In this document: in pieces, positions 27,187 to 37,898 of the stretch
Position numbering within the stretch: position 1 is the first letter of the stretch
Layout of the letters: every line of letters starts with the position of its first letter
From: Sulfolobaceae archaeon
GTDB lineage: Archaea > Thermoproteota > Thermoprotei_A > Sulfolobales > Sulfolobaceae
Direction: 5' to 3'
Length of the DNA: 64,000 nucleotides
NCBI GenBank assembly: GCA_038893355.1
Contig: JAWARQ010000006.1
Location: 1-64,000 of the forward strand
Translations under genes and position numbers: made by a program
The notes under the pieces: generated by a model
Told to the model about the DNA's origin: nothing
Database searches by the model: none
What the model saw: only the letters and a program-made list of their open reading frames with translations

Positions 27187-27205
27187 AGGCAGGGTTATCC
27201 TGATG
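27152..27205 (+). ncRNA. Box C/D methylation-guide sRNA
   Basis: C ATGATGA (27154-27160), guide AGCCCTCGAATA, D' CTGA (27173-27176), C' ..AGATGA, guide AGGCAGGGTTATC, D CTGA (27200-27203). Confidence 0.75.
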
Positions 27206-28420
27206 AATAATCTTGAAAGTCTATTTTCAGAAATCGTAAAAGCTAAGGAGTTAATTAGTGAATATATTCACGAAACACCGGTAGACAAATCCTCAACATT
27301 GTCTAGATTATTAGGAGCAGAGGTTTATCTAAAATTAGAAAATTTACAGAAGACTGGCTCATTTAAAGTGAGAGGAGCATTCAATAAATTATTTAATTTA
27401 ACTGAAGAACAGAGGAAGAAAGGAGTAATAGCTGTCTCTGCAGGGAATCATGCTCAAGGTGTTGCTTATGCTGCATCTAGGCTTAATATAAAGTCAGTAG
27501 TAGTAATGCCAGAAACTGCACCAATTTCAAAGTATCTTGCAACTAAGAGTTATGGTGCAGAAGTAATACTTTATGGTAAGTATATTCATGAGAGTATGAA
27601 GAAGGCTGAGGAGATAATTAATGAAAGAAATTTAACTTTAATTCATCCTTATGATGATATTCATGTTATAATTGGTCAGGGAACTTTAGGGTTAGAACTA
27701 CTTAAGTACAATCCTGATATCGTTATAGTACCTATTGGTGGAGGTGGTTTAATATCTGGAATTAGCTTGGCATTAAAATCTAAGAGAAAAGATATTAAGA
27801 TAATAGGAGTTCAAACTACCGCATCACCTTCTATGAAAGTTTCTAAAGAATTAGGGAGACTAGTGGAAATTGAACCTTCCTATTCAATTGCAGATGGAAT
27901 TCTAGTAAAGTCTCCTTCCGAATTAACATTTAAAATTGTACAAGAGCTAGTTGATGATATTTTACTTGTAGATGATGAGGAAATAGCTAATGCAATTATA
28001 TATCTTTTAGAGAGAAATAAAATTCTTTCTGAAGGTGCAGGAGCTGCAAGTGTTGCTGCAATACTATCGGGGCTAGTAAAGATAGAGAGTGGAAAGAAGG
28101 TAATCAGCGTAATTAGTGGAGGAAATATCGATCTTACACTTCTCTCTAAAATAATAGATAAGATGATGTTCAAAATGAAGAGGGTAGTTAAGGTTGAGGT
28201 AATAGTTCCCGATAAGCCAGGTTACTTAAATAAGATTTTAACATATGTTGCAAGAATAAGGGGCAACGTAATTGATGTAATTCATGATAGAGTAAGCAGT
28301 GATGTTAGGCCTGGATATACTAAGATTTATGTTATATTCGAACTATCAGTACCAGAAATTTTAAATGAGTTTTTACTGTCGTTAAGCTATGAAGGAATTT
28401 CAGCTAGATTAGTTGAATAG
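27203..28420 (+). CDS. ilvA: Threonine ammonia-lyase with C-terminal ACT domain
   Basis: [35 protein letters not shown]. Confidence 0.92.
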   Translation: MNNLESLFSEIVKAKELISEYIHETPVDKSSTLSRLLGAEVYLKLENLQKTGSFKVRGAFNKLFNLTEEQRKKGVIAVSAGNHAQGVAYAASRLNIKSVVVMPETAPISKYLATKSYGAEVILYGKYIHESMKKAEEIINERNLTLIHPYDDIHVIIGQGTLGLELLKYNPDIVIVPIGGGGLISGISLALKSKRKDIKIIGVQTTASPSMKVSKELGRLVEIEPSYSIADGILVKSPSELTFKIVQELVDDILLVDDEEIANAIIYLLERNKILSEGAGAASVAAILSGLVKIESGKKVISVISGGNIDLTLLSKIIDKMMFKMKRVVKVEVIVPDKPGYLNKILTYVARIRGNVIDVIHDRVSSDVRPGYTKIYVIFELSVPEILNEFLLSLSYEGISARLVE

Positions 28421-28438
28421 ATTTTTAAGGTAAAATTC

Positions 28439-29254
28439 ATACATTTTTACGATCCAGATGGAATTTACTATTTAGGCCCAGAAGGCAGTTTTACTTATGA
28501 GGTTGCTGTAAAATTAGGAAAGAATTTAGTAGGAGTAAAATCAATTACCGAAGTATTTAGGAAAGTGGAAGATAGTGAAAACAGTATTGGGGTTATTCCG
28601 ATAGAAAATAGTAAGGAGGGACCAATTAATGAAACTCTAGATAATCTATTTAATAATGACAAGATTTTTGTAAATTATGAGATAGAAAAAGATATTAAAT
28701 TAGTCTTTGCTTCAAAATCCCCTGAGATTAATCAGATTAAGAGAATTTATACAAACTATTATGCAGGTGCGGAAGTAAGGGAATTCATTTCGAGATTAAA
28801 TAAGGAAGTGATATATGTCTCATCAACTTCTGAAGCTGCAAAGTTAGCTTCATCTGATCCTGCTGCTGCTGCAATATGTTCTGAATATGCAGCAAGAATA
28901 TGGGGTCTTAACGTTTTAGAGAGTAGTTTACAAGAGGGTATTAATATAACAAGATTTATAGTAATAAGTAAAAGAATGACAGTAAAGGGAGATAAAACTA
29001 TGATTTTTTTAACTATTCCAGATGTGCCGGGATCTTTATATAAATCATTAGAGAAATTTTACAAATATAATATAAATCTAAAGATGATCTATTCTAGACC
29101 ATTAAAGTACGTACCATGGGAATACTATTTCTATCTAGAATTTCAAGGAGAATTAGAGGATAATAGGGTAAAGAAGGCATTAGAAGAATTAAGAGAAGTA
29201 GTTATATCAATGAAAATAAAGGGAAGCTTTACTAAATTACGATTCCAGGCTTAA
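28439..29254 (+). CDS. pheA: Prephenate dehydratase (start uncertain, probably ATA 28439)
   Basis: In-frame upstream [21 protein letters not shown] domain IYSRP; no ATG/GTG/TTG upstream of the LGP motif. Confidence 0.85.
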   Translation: MHFYDPDGIYYLGPEGSFTYEVAVKLGKNLVGVKSITEVFRKVEDSENSIGVIPIENSKEGPINETLDNLFNNDKIFVNYEIEKDIKLVFASKSPEINQIKRIYTNYYAGAEVREFISRLNKEVIYVSSTSEAAKLASSDPAAAAICSEYAARIWGLNVLESSLQEGINITRFIVISKRMTVKGDKTMIFLTIPDVPGSLYKSLEKFYKYNINLKMIYSRPLKYVPWEYYFYLEFQGELEDNRVKKALEELREVVISMKIKGSFTKLRFQA

Positions 29255-30191
29255 GGTTTTCTAGACTATAAAGCATCATATAACTTTCAGCGTTTTTAGC
29301 AGCGTCTCTAGCAACATTTCTAAGAATACTCTTATTAGAACCATGTAACATAAAATAACATAAATAATCCCATTCCCTATTTGATTCCCTAAGTACTACG
29401 TGTGTAGCTTCTTTGACCTCTCTTGCAATCTTATAGCATAAACTCTCTATATTGTTACTACTTAGTAAAACCATAGCATTTTCAGTTATTCCTACAGCTT
29501 CGCCATTGATAGTAGCACCATAATCTTTAATAACACCCTTATGTTTAAGCTCTTTAATCAGATCTACCAGCTCCTCTTGAGAAATTCTGAATTCATTAGC
29601 AATTTTTTCAAATGGATTCTTAGTAATTGGTAATGGGTAAGAAAGTGCCTTTAATAATTCTATTGGAATTCCTAAATCTTCTGCAGTAGGCACTTTTTCA
29701 ACTATTTCCTCCGGTTCACTATATGAAATTCCTCTAAATATATCATACTTTACACTTAATTTCAGCGTCTTTTTAGAATATAATATTACATAATCTCTAG
29801 CATCTACACTTCTTAAAAGATCCTCCACTTTTTTATTCAGTTCATCTCTATCTTCAGCCTTTATGACAAACCATACATTATACTTAGGATGGTTCCTTAC
29901 ATAATTATGAGTAAGTTCCCTAATTCCTAGGGCTTTCCTTCTATATTCCTCTAATTTATCTAACGGAATTTCTGCAGCAACTAGGGCGCTTTCCATCCCC
30001 TTTGCTCTAAAGCTTACATACATTCCTATTCTCTTTATCACACCTTCAGCTATTAACCTTTTTACCCTTTCTATTACTTCCTCTTCACTAATCTTCAGTT
30101 TTTCTGAAATTAGTTTAAAAGGCGTTTTATCATAAGGAAAATTATATTGAAGTTCCATTATGAGTTTTTTATCAATTTCACTGAGTAACAT
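29232..30191 (-). CDS. Fused AhbAB/NirDL-like siroheme decarboxylase (Lrp/AsnC-like duplicated fold)
   Basis: LQYNFP..PF, THNYVR..YNVWF; second half LP...PF and THVVLR..WDY. Confidence 0.75.
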   Translation of the reverse strand: MLLSEIDKKLIMELQYNFPYDKTPFKLISEKLKISEEEVIERVKRLIAEGVIKRIGMYVSFRAKGMESALVAAEIPLDKLEEYRRKALGIRELTHNYVRNHPKYNVWFVIKAEDRDELNKKVEDLLRSVDARDYVILYSKKTLKLSVKYDIFRGISYSEPEEIVEKVPTAEDLGIPIELLKALSYPLPITKNPFEKIANEFRISQEELVDLIKELKHKGVIKDYGATINGEAVGITENAMVLLSSNNIESLCYKIAREVKEATHVVLRESNREWDYLCYFMLHGSNKSILRNVARDAAKNAESYMMLYSLENLKPGIVI

Positions 30192-30222
30192 CTACAATAG
30201 TTTCTCGTAATAAAATAAAAAT

Positions 30223-31341
30223 CTACTCAAATTCAATAGTAGCTGGTGGTTTAGTAGTTATATCATAGAGTACCTCCTTTATCTTACTACTTACCTTAAG
30301 AATCTCTTCGCTTATTCTCTTTAATTCTTCTATTGGTAGTTCTAAAATATCTGCAGTCATAAAGTCTTCACTCTTTACAGCTCTAATAACTATACTGTAT
30401 TCTCCATTATCTCTTTCTTGTATTGGTAATAGTGTATGCGTAATATTCCTACCCGCTAATATTTGACTTATCTTCCTCCAGTCTTTAGGGCTATTATTAG
30501 CTATCCCATAAACCTTAGCAATGTTACCATAAGCCCTTACATCGCCCATAACGCCAGTTGCTTTATTGTAATATAAATAAACATCTTTATTTATTAAATT
30601 AGTAAGATTTTCATCCTTATAGGATTTGGATTCGAAAATTACTGCAAAATATTGTGACGGATTAAAGTTCTCTAATTCTCTTTCTACAATCTCAGTTACA
30701 TCTTTAAGAATATCTAATTTCTCTTCTGATATTCTTCCTAAAATTCTTACTAATAATCCAGGGCCTGGAAAGGGTTGTCTATATATTATTGATGGTGGTA
30801 ATCCTAGATATTTAGCGATCTCTCTAACTTCATTCTTATATAATTCTGCTAAAGGCTCTATTATTTTAAAACCCCACTTAGTTTCTGGATTTATTCCAAT
30901 TTGTAGTAGTACATTGTGCTGAGTTTTTATACCCCATCTAGTTTCTACCCAATCTGCGGCTATTGTACCCTGAACCAAGTATCTAGCGTTATTCTCTTCA
31001 ACAACTTTTCTTAAAGTCTCATAAAATAATTCTCTGAATTTCTTCCTCTTCTCTTCTGCATCGTCATAATTCTTTAACTCTTCTATAAATGTTTTAGAAA
31101 CGTCTATAATGTTTAGCGGTAATAATTCTTTAAGTTCTTCTCTTACCTTAGACGTTTCACCCTTTCTTAAAAAGCCAGTATCTATCATAATCGGAACTAG
31201 ATTTTTGCCAAGGGCCCTATAAGCTAGAACTGCTGCTGTAGTACTATCAACACCGCCGCTTACTGCAGCTACTGCTTTATCATTTTTTACTTCCCTTTTA
31301 ATTTGTAAGATAATGTCTTGAATTAAGCTATCTATATTCAT
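30223..31341 (-). CDS. guaAB: GMP synthase, ATP pyrophosphatase subunit B
   Basis: SGGVDS, IKTQHNV, RQPFPGPGL, YDITTKPPATIEFE. Confidence 0.92.
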   Translation of the reverse strand: MNIDSLIQDIILQIKREVKNDKAVAAVSGGVDSTTAAVLAYRALGKNLVPIMIDTGFLRKGETSKVREELKELLPLNIIDVSKTFIEELKNYDDAEEKRKKFRELFYETLRKVVEENNARYLVQGTIAADWVETRWGIKTQHNVLLQIGINPETKWGFKIIEPLAELYKNEVREIAKYLGLPPSIIYRQPFPGPGLLVRILGRISEEKLDILKDVTEIVERELENFNPSQYFAVIFESKSYKDENLTNLINKDVYLYYNKATGVMGDVRAYGNIAKVYGIANNSPKDWRKISQILAGRNITHTLLPIQERDNGEYSIVIRAVKSEDFMTADILELPIEELKRISEEILKVSSKIKEVLYDITTKPPATIEFE

Positions 31342-31404
31342 CTGATTTACATTACTAAGGATAAATTAAAAAGAGTTATGTAACTGAAAGTTTACTTAGT
31401 TAAT

Positions 31405-31911
31405 TTAATGACGAGATCGACTAATAATTTTGTATATTACTGAAAGTACACCCGAGAATCCTGCTAAATAATAGGGTAATAATGGATAATTTTCAAGTAG
31501 GATCTCTATTTCATATCCGCTAGTAGTATAATTAATAGTATAGCTTCCCAAGGCAAATACAGGATGATTAAATATGATTAATGAAATTAATAGTATTATT
31601 AATGGATCTATTGTATATAATATAAATAACCAGAAAATAAATAACGATATATCATTTTTATTTTTTGCTAGAATTAAATATATGTTAATTGAATTGAGTA
31701 GTATAATATAAACTCTTAAGCCTAATAATAATAAATTTATTGGAAAAATTAAAGTATTTGTATAGTCAATTCCCATAAATTTAAATCCAATAAAAAATGG
31801 TGAGTCTAAAATTTCAATAATACCTCCGATATTAGTATACCACCAAGGAAAGGGTAGTGAAGAAACTAAAATATTACTAAATGATGCCACTACTCCTAGA
31901 ACCTTCTTCAT
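31405..31911 (-). CDS. Hypothetical multi-pass membrane protein
   Basis: 168-aa ORF with ~4 hydrophobic segments; PFPWW motif. Confidence 0.65.
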   Translation of the reverse strand: MKKVLGVVASFSNILVSSLPFPWWYTNIGGIIEILDSPFFIGFKFMGIDYTNTLIFPINLLLLGLRVYIILLNSINIYLILAKNKNDISLFIFWLFILYTIDPLIILLISLIIFNHPVFALGSYTINYTTSGYEIEILLENYPLLPYYLAGFSGVLSVIYKIISRSRH

Positions 31912-31913
31912 AC

Positions 31914-32264
31914 TTATAACCCTAATTTTATACTTATATTTAGAAATTTTATTTTAATATAGCTTACATTAAATAATTCACTAGAATTTATAACTATTTT
32001 ACTATTTGGAGGTATTGTATAATATTTCCCTGATATGTCTATTTGTATAGGAAAAGAGTATGGATTATGTATTATTAAATTGCCTCTATTATCGATTTCA
32101 TAACTTGGATTTCTAAATAACTGTGATGATTGGGAAAGTAATTCAGTTAGACCGTTCTGAAAATTATTAATGACATTTTGTGGCCCCGCAATAGTATAAA
32201 CTAGTATAACAACAGTTATACTTACAATAGTACTTATAATTTTAGGATTTAACATTTTAAACAC
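31914..32264 (-). CDS. Hypothetical membrane-anchored/secreted protein
   Basis: N-terminal hydrophobic helix followed by Asn/Ser-rich beta-type domain (IHNPYSFPI). Confidence 0.6.
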   Translation of the reverse strand: MFKMLNPKIISTIVSITVVILVYTIAGPQNVINNFQNGLTELLSQSSQLFRNPSYEIDNRGNLIIHNPYSFPIQIDISGKYYTIPPNSKIVINSSELFNVSYIKIKFLNISIKLGL

Positions 32265-32269
32265 TCTTA

Positions 32270-33673
32270 TTAATTATTAAATATTTTTCTTATTTCATCA
32301 ATATCTAAATATTTTTTAATTAATTCTTCTATTTTATTTACTTTTTCCTTTATGTGCTCAAATAAATTTCTCTCTTTTAGATAGATCCCATATTCCTTTA
32401 ATAATTCTCTTCCAAATTCAGAGTAAAATACACCATGTATTGAAAATCCTATAAAATTCCCGCTCCTTGCACCATCAAACACTTCAACGTCCCTTAAACC
32501 TCTCTTACTTATAAGTATAAGAGGCTTCTGTGAGAGGTACTTTATCCTACCCCTTCTTATCTCATATCCTTCTACTTCTTGCCTATTCTCTAGATCTTCA
32601 CCATAACTCCAACTTACGATTTTTTCGTTCTCATATATTACTTCTACATCAAATATTCCTAATCCCTTATATTCACCCTTATGTCCCGTCTCTAGACCAT
32701 AAGGATCTATCAATCTTTTAGCCATTATTTGAAATCCACCACATATTCCTATTACTGGTTTCTCTCTTAATTTATTATGAAAATTATTATTAATTAACCA
32801 TTTAAGCGATTCTAAAGTATTTTTTGAACCTGGTAAAATTATTATATCATAGCCCTTTAATATTTCTGGATTCCTTATAAACTCTAACGATGCATTTGAA
32901 CCTTCAAATGCAGAGAATTCATTAAAATTACTCATGTAAGGGTAGGCTATTACTCCTATTCTATACGACCCACTATTAACATTATGAATATTCATGGAAT
33001 CTTCCGCCATAATTATATTTTCCTCGATGTATGGAATATAGCCAAGGTACTTCATATTTGTTCTTTCTTCTAACCATTTAACTGCTGGTTCTAGGAGTTT
33101 ATAATTTCCTCTAAATTTATTAATTATAAACCCCTTCAATTTACTTCTTAGAGAAGGAGGAAGCATATTATAAACACCATAAGCGGAGGCAAAGGCACCG
33201 CCCCTTTCTACATCTAAAATTAGAATTATTGGTAAGTCATAATAAATTGATGGAAGTATGGAAGAAATATCGATATTAAGAAAGTTTGGTTCGCCTATAC
33301 TACCTGCACCTTCTACAATTCTATCATCAACTATAGCTAAATTCTCTCTTATCTTTTTCCAAATTGTTTCAATCATATCATAATACATCTCATAGGAGAA
33401 AATACCCATACTTCTTCCAAATAGTATTACCTCTACTTTTCCGTTACCACTCGGCTTTAATAGTACTGGATTAAGGTCAGTATCTAAATCTTGGTTAGCA
33501 CCAATAGCCTGAAAAGCTTGAATAAATGCAATTTCTTCGTTTTCTTTCGAAGGGAAACTATTGAGTGACATATTTTGAAATTTTAAAGGGCGCATTTTTA
33601 GTATTTTAGCCAAACCGCTAACGAGGAGGGATTTGCCCGAGTCGCTCATAGTAGAAGCTATTAATCCTTTCAT
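32270..33673 (-). CDS. cobQ: Cobyric acid synthase
   Basis: SDSGKS, QNMSLN, NPVLLKP, EGAGS, INKFRG, GICGGFQ. Confidence 0.92.
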   Translation of the reverse strand: MKGLIASTMSDSGKSLLVSGLAKILKMRPLKFQNMSLNSFPSKENEEIAFIQAFQAIGANQDLDTDLNPVLLKPSGNGKVEVILFGRSMGIFSYEMYYDMIETIWKKIRENLAIVDDRIVEGAGSIGEPNFLNIDISSILPSIYYDLPIILILDVERGGAFASAYGVYNMLPPSLRSKLKGFIINKFRGNYKLLEPAVKWLEERTNMKYLGYIPYIEENIIMAEDSMNIHNVNSGSYRIGVIAYPYMSNFNEFSAFEGSNASLEFIRNPEILKGYDIIILPGSKNTLESLKWLINNNFHNKLREKPVIGICGGFQIMAKRLIDPYGLETGHKGEYKGLGIFDVEVIYENEKIVSWSYGEDLENRQEVEGYEIRRGRIKYLSQKPLILISKRGLRDVEVFDGARSGNFIGFSIHGVFYSEFGRELLKEYGIYLKERNLFEHIKEKVNKIEELIKKYLDIDEIRKIFNN

Positions 33674-33687
33674 AACAAACTAAAGAG

Positions 33688-34449
33688 ATGAGTACTAAAG
33701 ATTATATAAAGATTGCTCTTGGTCAGCTTTCATTTTTTACGATACTACCTTCTCCTAAAGTTAGTATAGAAGAAGTTGCAAGGGGAAGCTTTATTGCACC
33801 ATTAATAGTAGGTTTTATTCTCTCTATTATAGAATACGTTGTATATTACATATTTTGGATAATACTAGGGGATTATTCAAAGTATACTATAATTATTATA
33901 GCTGAAATACTTCGCGGGTTTAATCATCTTGATGGGCTACTTGATTTTGGGGATGGAATAATGGTGAAGGGAAGTGCAGATAAGAAAGTTTCCGCAATGA
34001 AGGATAAGATGGTTGGAAGTGGTGGATTAGGTATGTTCTTGATTTATCTATTGCTCATTTTGAGTACAATTAAATTTGTTCCAAATCCAAATTCAATTTC
34101 ATCATTTCTTATCATTCTATTTGCTGATATTATTTCAAGAGCTTTATCTTTAATACTATTAGCAATCACTAACCCGATCGTAGAAAGTCATTTAGCAAAA
34201 TTATTTAACAAAGAACTCAAGAAAAAGTTGGGTATATTACTAATTTTATACTCTCCTTTCATTATTATTACCATACCAACATTTGTCGTATCTCTCCTTT
34301 CATTATTATTATTTAGAGAAATATCACTTAGAAGCTTTAAAGGAGTCTCTGGAGATGTTGCTGGTGCACTTATAACTTTATTATTCCCTATTCTATTAGC
34401 GTCTAATACATGCTTATCTCTCTCGCCTTATCATTATTTATTGACCTAG
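33688..34449 (+). CDS. cobS: Adenosylcobinamide-GDP ribazoletransferase (cobalamin synthase)
   Basis: HLDGLLDFGDG, AMKD..VG, GVSGDVAGA. Confidence 0.9.
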   Translation: MSTKDYIKIALGQLSFFTILPSPKVSIEEVARGSFIAPLIVGFILSIIEYVVYYIFWIILGDYSKYTIIIIAEILRGFNHLDGLLDFGDGIMVKGSADKKVSAMKDKMVGSGGLGMFLIYLLLILSTIKFVPNPNSISSFLIILFADIISRALSLILLAITNPIVESHLAKLFNKELKKKLGILLILYSPFIIITIPTFVVSLLSLLLFREISLRSFKGVSGDVAGALITLLFPILLASNTCLSLSPYHYLLT

Positions 34450-35345
34450 TGTTAGGAGAGCCACCAGCAAAAATTCATCCAGTAGTGTGGACTGGAAAGA
34501 TAAGTGAGAGATTTATAAAGCCTTATTCTTCGAGACCTTACGGAATTTTTATATGGTGCATATCCGTATTACCTATACTTTTACCATCGTCCTTAGCATT
34601 ATACTATATAAGAGATCCAATATTTCAAATACTAGTAAGTACATATTTTATTAAGATTTCTTTCTCAATAAAATTACTTTATAAAATAGTATACAACTCA
34701 AAAGATTTAGATGAAAATGCAAAATATTGGGTACAACAGATAGTAAGAAGAAACGTATATGAATTAGATAGGGGTCATGTAGCTTCAGCTGCAATCGAAT
34801 CCTTGTTTGAGAGTACTGTTGATGGTATAACATCACCATTATTTTGGTACATAGTATTAGGCCCTTTTGGAGCGCTACTTCAAAGACTAAGTAATACTAT
34901 GGATAGTATGGTAGGTTATAAAACGCCAGAACTTAAGGATCAGGGCTGGTTTTCTGCAAAAGTTGATACAATTCTTAACTTTATTCCAGCTAGGATTACT
35001 GGGTACCTGATGATCTTGCTGGGTATGATATTTAGATTAAATTGGAGGAACGCTATTAAAGCTTTAAAGGAATCTAAAATGGAAAGCGTAAACGCTAAGT
35101 ATCCTATAGCAATTGCAGCAGGACTTTTAAACGTCAGACTAGAGAAACCCGGCTATTATTCAGTTGGATCTGGTAATTTACCAGATACTAAAGAAATTAT
35201 AATTTCTTTAAATTTTTTTAAAGCTTTAGTTGCAACTTACTTAGCCTTAGTACTAATCATAGATTATTACCTTTATGGCCTTACCTTCTTCAGCTACCCT
35301 TATGGCATTATAGAATTCTTCTATTCTAAATTTATGAGTTATTAA
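34410..35345 (+). CDS. cbiB: Adenosylcobinamide-phosphate synthase
   Basis: GEPP..HPVVW, ES..DG, NTMDSMVGY, NFIPAR. Confidence 0.9.
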   Translation: MLISLALSLFIDLVLGEPPAKIHPVVWTGKISERFIKPYSSRPYGIFIWCISVLPILLPSSLALYYIRDPIFQILVSTYFIKISFSIKLLYKIVYNSKDLDENAKYWVQQIVRRNVYELDRGHVASAAIESLFESTVDGITSPLFWYIVLGPFGALLQRLSNTMDSMVGYKTPELKDQGWFSAKVDTILNFIPARITGYLMILLGMIFRLNWRNAIKALKESKMESVNAKYPIAIAAGLLNVRLEKPGYYSVGSGNLPDTKEIIISLNFFKALVATYLALVLIIDYYLYGLTFFSYPYGIIEFFYSKFMSY

Positions 35346-36275
35346 CTGTCTAACGTTGATTTTCTCTTGGCTTATTAATCGTAGTGCTTCATTAGTATCT
35401 TCTTCAACTGCTGCATTGCTAGATATTATTGAAATTTCATTATTTAATAAATCACTTATATCATAATCCAATTTAGAACCTTTATATGGAACTCCAAATA
35501 ATAAAACCCTCCCGCCCTTTCTTGTAGAATATAAGCCTTGGAGTATGCCTTTTGGGTTACCGGTTGCAATTATGACTACATCAGCACCTCTTCCATCGCT
35601 TAACTTCCTTACTTCACTTACAATATCTGTTGAATTAGGATTTATTGCATAATCTATAATCTTATGTTCTAGTGCGAAATTTAGTCTATAATCTGAAACG
35701 TCAGATGCTATTATCATATTTGCTCTATAAACCCTAGCCAGCAATGCATGTAAAAGACCCATAGGACCAGCACCTATTATTAATACAGTATCACCTTCCT
35801 CTATTCTTACCCTCCTTTGCGCCCTAATTACTGTCGCTAAAGGCTCTATAAATATACCATCTTCAAATGTAACATTTTGTGGTAGTTTTAATACTCCACC
35901 TCTCTCAATATTCCATGCCGGTACCCTAAAATATTCGCTAAAACCTCCGGGATATATGTTTGTTTTTCGATAATATTCGCACATCGTAGGACTTCCTTTC
36001 TTACAATAATAGCAGTTATAGCATGGTACATGATGGTGTGCAAAGACTCTATCCCCTTCCCTTATCCAATCCACTTTAGACTCTGCAACTATTCCCACGG
36101 GCTCATGACCTAAAATAGGTTGTGATGCGGTATATTCTCCCTTAATTTTCTCAATATCTGTACCACACAAACCACAAGCTTTCATCTTTACTAATATCTC
36201 CCCATCAGTTATCTTAGGTATTTCGAGATCATTCCTTATTTCAAGCCTTCCGTTAGAAATTACTACAGCTTTCAT
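35253..36275 (-). CDS. Zinc-dependent alcohol dehydrogenase (MDR family)
   Basis: CGLCGTD, GHE, CYNCYYC..C, GAGPMG. Confidence 0.9.
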   Translation of the reverse strand: MKAVVISNGRLEIRNDLEIPKITDGEILVKMKACGLCGTDIEKIKGEYTASQPILGHEPVGIVAESKVDWIREGDRVFAHHHVPCYNCYYCKKGSPTMCEYYRKTNIYPGGFSEYFRVPAWNIERGGVLKLPQNVTFEDGIFIEPLATVIRAQRRVRIEEGDTVLIIGAGPMGLLHALLARVYRANMIIASDVSDYRLNFALEHKIIDYAINPNSTDIVSEVRKLSDGRGADVVIIATGNPKGILQGLYSTRKGGRVLLFGVPYKGSKLDYDISDLLNNEISIISSNAAVEEDTNEALRLISQEKINVRQLITHKFRIEEFYNAIRVAEEGKAIKVIIYD

Positions 36276-36383
36276 AAGTATAAGATAAATCTTTGTATTA
36301 TTTTTAGTTCTTGGTATCTTAATACCTTAGACCTACTGAAGGCAAATATTTATATTTATCTAGTAGAAAAGAATAGGAAAAGA

Positions 36384-36704
36384 ATGAATAGTAGCAGGGT
36401 TATAACGATAGCAGAGGATGTAGTAAAGAGGGTAATAGATGACAATATAGTAATTGTTACAGTAAAGAACTTAGGATTGAGTAAATATGTTCTTATTGAT
36501 TTAAATATTATAGTATCACTTGAGAAGTATTTAGAATTAATTTTGCCCAAAAACATTCAAAGAATGTTAGTAGTATTATCAACAAAAAGGATTAATAATT
36601 ACTCAGATATTAAAATTATAATTAGTAAGGTAAGGAAAGATACAATAATTCAATTTTTATTTTCTGAGAAATTAAAAGAAAATATTATGATTATATTCTA
36701 TTAA
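36384..36704 (+). CDS. Hypothetical protein
   Basis: 106-aa ORF filling the gap between divergent ADH and PUA gene. Confidence 0.5.
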   Translation: MNSSRVITIAEDVVKRVIDDNIVIVTVKNLGLSKYVLIDLNIIVSLEKYLELILPKNIQRMLVVLSTKRINNYSDIKIIISKVRKDTIIQFLFSEKLKENIMIIFY

Positions 36705-36743
36705 GAACACCTTTTTATAGCTTTCAATTGTTTTATAATTTGA

Positions 36744-37205
36744 ATGAATAGACATGTACTATCAGAAAAGGATTCAAGAATCTTTATAGAACAAATAAAA
36801 AAGCGTTATGGATTTAATATAGAGGGAAAGATAGAATTAGGGAAGGATAAAAAAGAGAGATATTATTTTGTAAATGACGTTTTAGCATTTATAGGCGACG
36901 AATTAATCCCAACATTATGTGCAGTGACTAAATTAAAGCTCGAATTACCTTACGTTACCATAGATGAAGGGGCAGTTAGGGCAGTTGCTAATGGGGCAGA
37001 CCTCTTTGTTCCGGGTATTTTAGAGTATAATTGTGAATGTAAAGTAGGCGATATAATTTTAGTTAAGACTAAAACTGGCCTACCAGTTGCCATAATGAAA
37101 GTAGTAATGGATAAAAAGAGCGCGATCGAAACTAAAAAAGGGAAGTTCGCAATTAACCTACATTATGTCGGCGATAAAATTTGGGAAATGTGTAAGGGGA
37201 AGTAA
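36744..37205 (+). CDS. PUA-domain RNA-binding protein (DUF1947/MCT-1-like)
   Basis: IPTL, IDEGAV.AVANGADLFVPG, LHYVGD. Confidence 0.85.
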   Translation: MNRHVLSEKDSRIFIEQIKKRYGFNIEGKIELGKDKKERYYFVNDVLAFIGDELIPTLCAVTKLKLELPYVTIDEGAVRAVANGADLFVPGILEYNCECKVGDIILVKTKTGLPVAIMKVVMDKKSAIETKKGKFAINLHYVGDKIWEMCKGK

Positions 37206-37898
37206 ATGTTTTGTGTAGTTATCCCAACTTATAATGAGAGGAACAATATAGGAAATTTAATAAATTCTTTAATAAATTTAATAAATAACTTATATATTAT
37301 TGTTGTTGATGATAATAGTCCAGACGGCACTGCAGAAGTTGTTAAAAATCTAGGGCATAATAATTTGTATTTAATTATTAGAAGTGGGAAGTTAGGATTA
37401 GGTTCAGCTTTACGGGACGGAATGAGGAAAGGGTTAGAGCTTGGTTGTGAAAGGATAGCAACAATGGACGCAGACTTTAGTCATGATCCTAGATATTTGA
37501 AAAATATGTATGAAGTTTCAGTGAAAAGTAATGCTGATTTAGTTATAGGCTCTAGATATATAAAAGGTGGAAAGATAGAGAATTGGGGATATCATAGGTT
37601 TATCATTAGTAAGGCTGCAAACCTATTAGCTAAGGTTTTATTACGTACAAAGGTTAATGATAATACTTCTAATTTTAGAATTTATTCAAGAATTGCAGTA
37701 GAGAGAGCAATAGAGTGTAATGATGCTAATGGTTTTGAATATCAAATTTGTACTGTATATAAAATATCTAAGGCTAAGTTAAAAATTATAGAATTCCCAA
37801 TAATATTTAAAGATAGAAAAGAGGGTTCAAGTAAGTTAAAATTTAATGATATAATAAAATGGCTCGTATATATAATTAAACTTTCCCTTTCTTCTTAA
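37206..37898 (+). CDS. Polyprenol-phosphate mannose synthase-like GT2 glycosyltransferase
   Basis: IPTYNE, VDDNSPDGT, MDADFSHDP, GSRY. Confidence 0.88.
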   Translation: MFCVVIPTYNERNNIGNLINSLINLINNLYIIVVDDNSPDGTAEVVKNLGHNNLYLIIRSGKLGLGSALRDGMRKGLELGCERIATMDADFSHDPRYLKNMYEVSVKSNADLVIGSRYIKGGKIENWGYHRFIISKAANLLAKVLLRTKVNDNTSNFRIYSRIAVERAIECNDANGFEYQICTVYKISKAKLKIIEFPIIFKDRKEGSSKLKFNDIIKWLVYIIKLSLSS

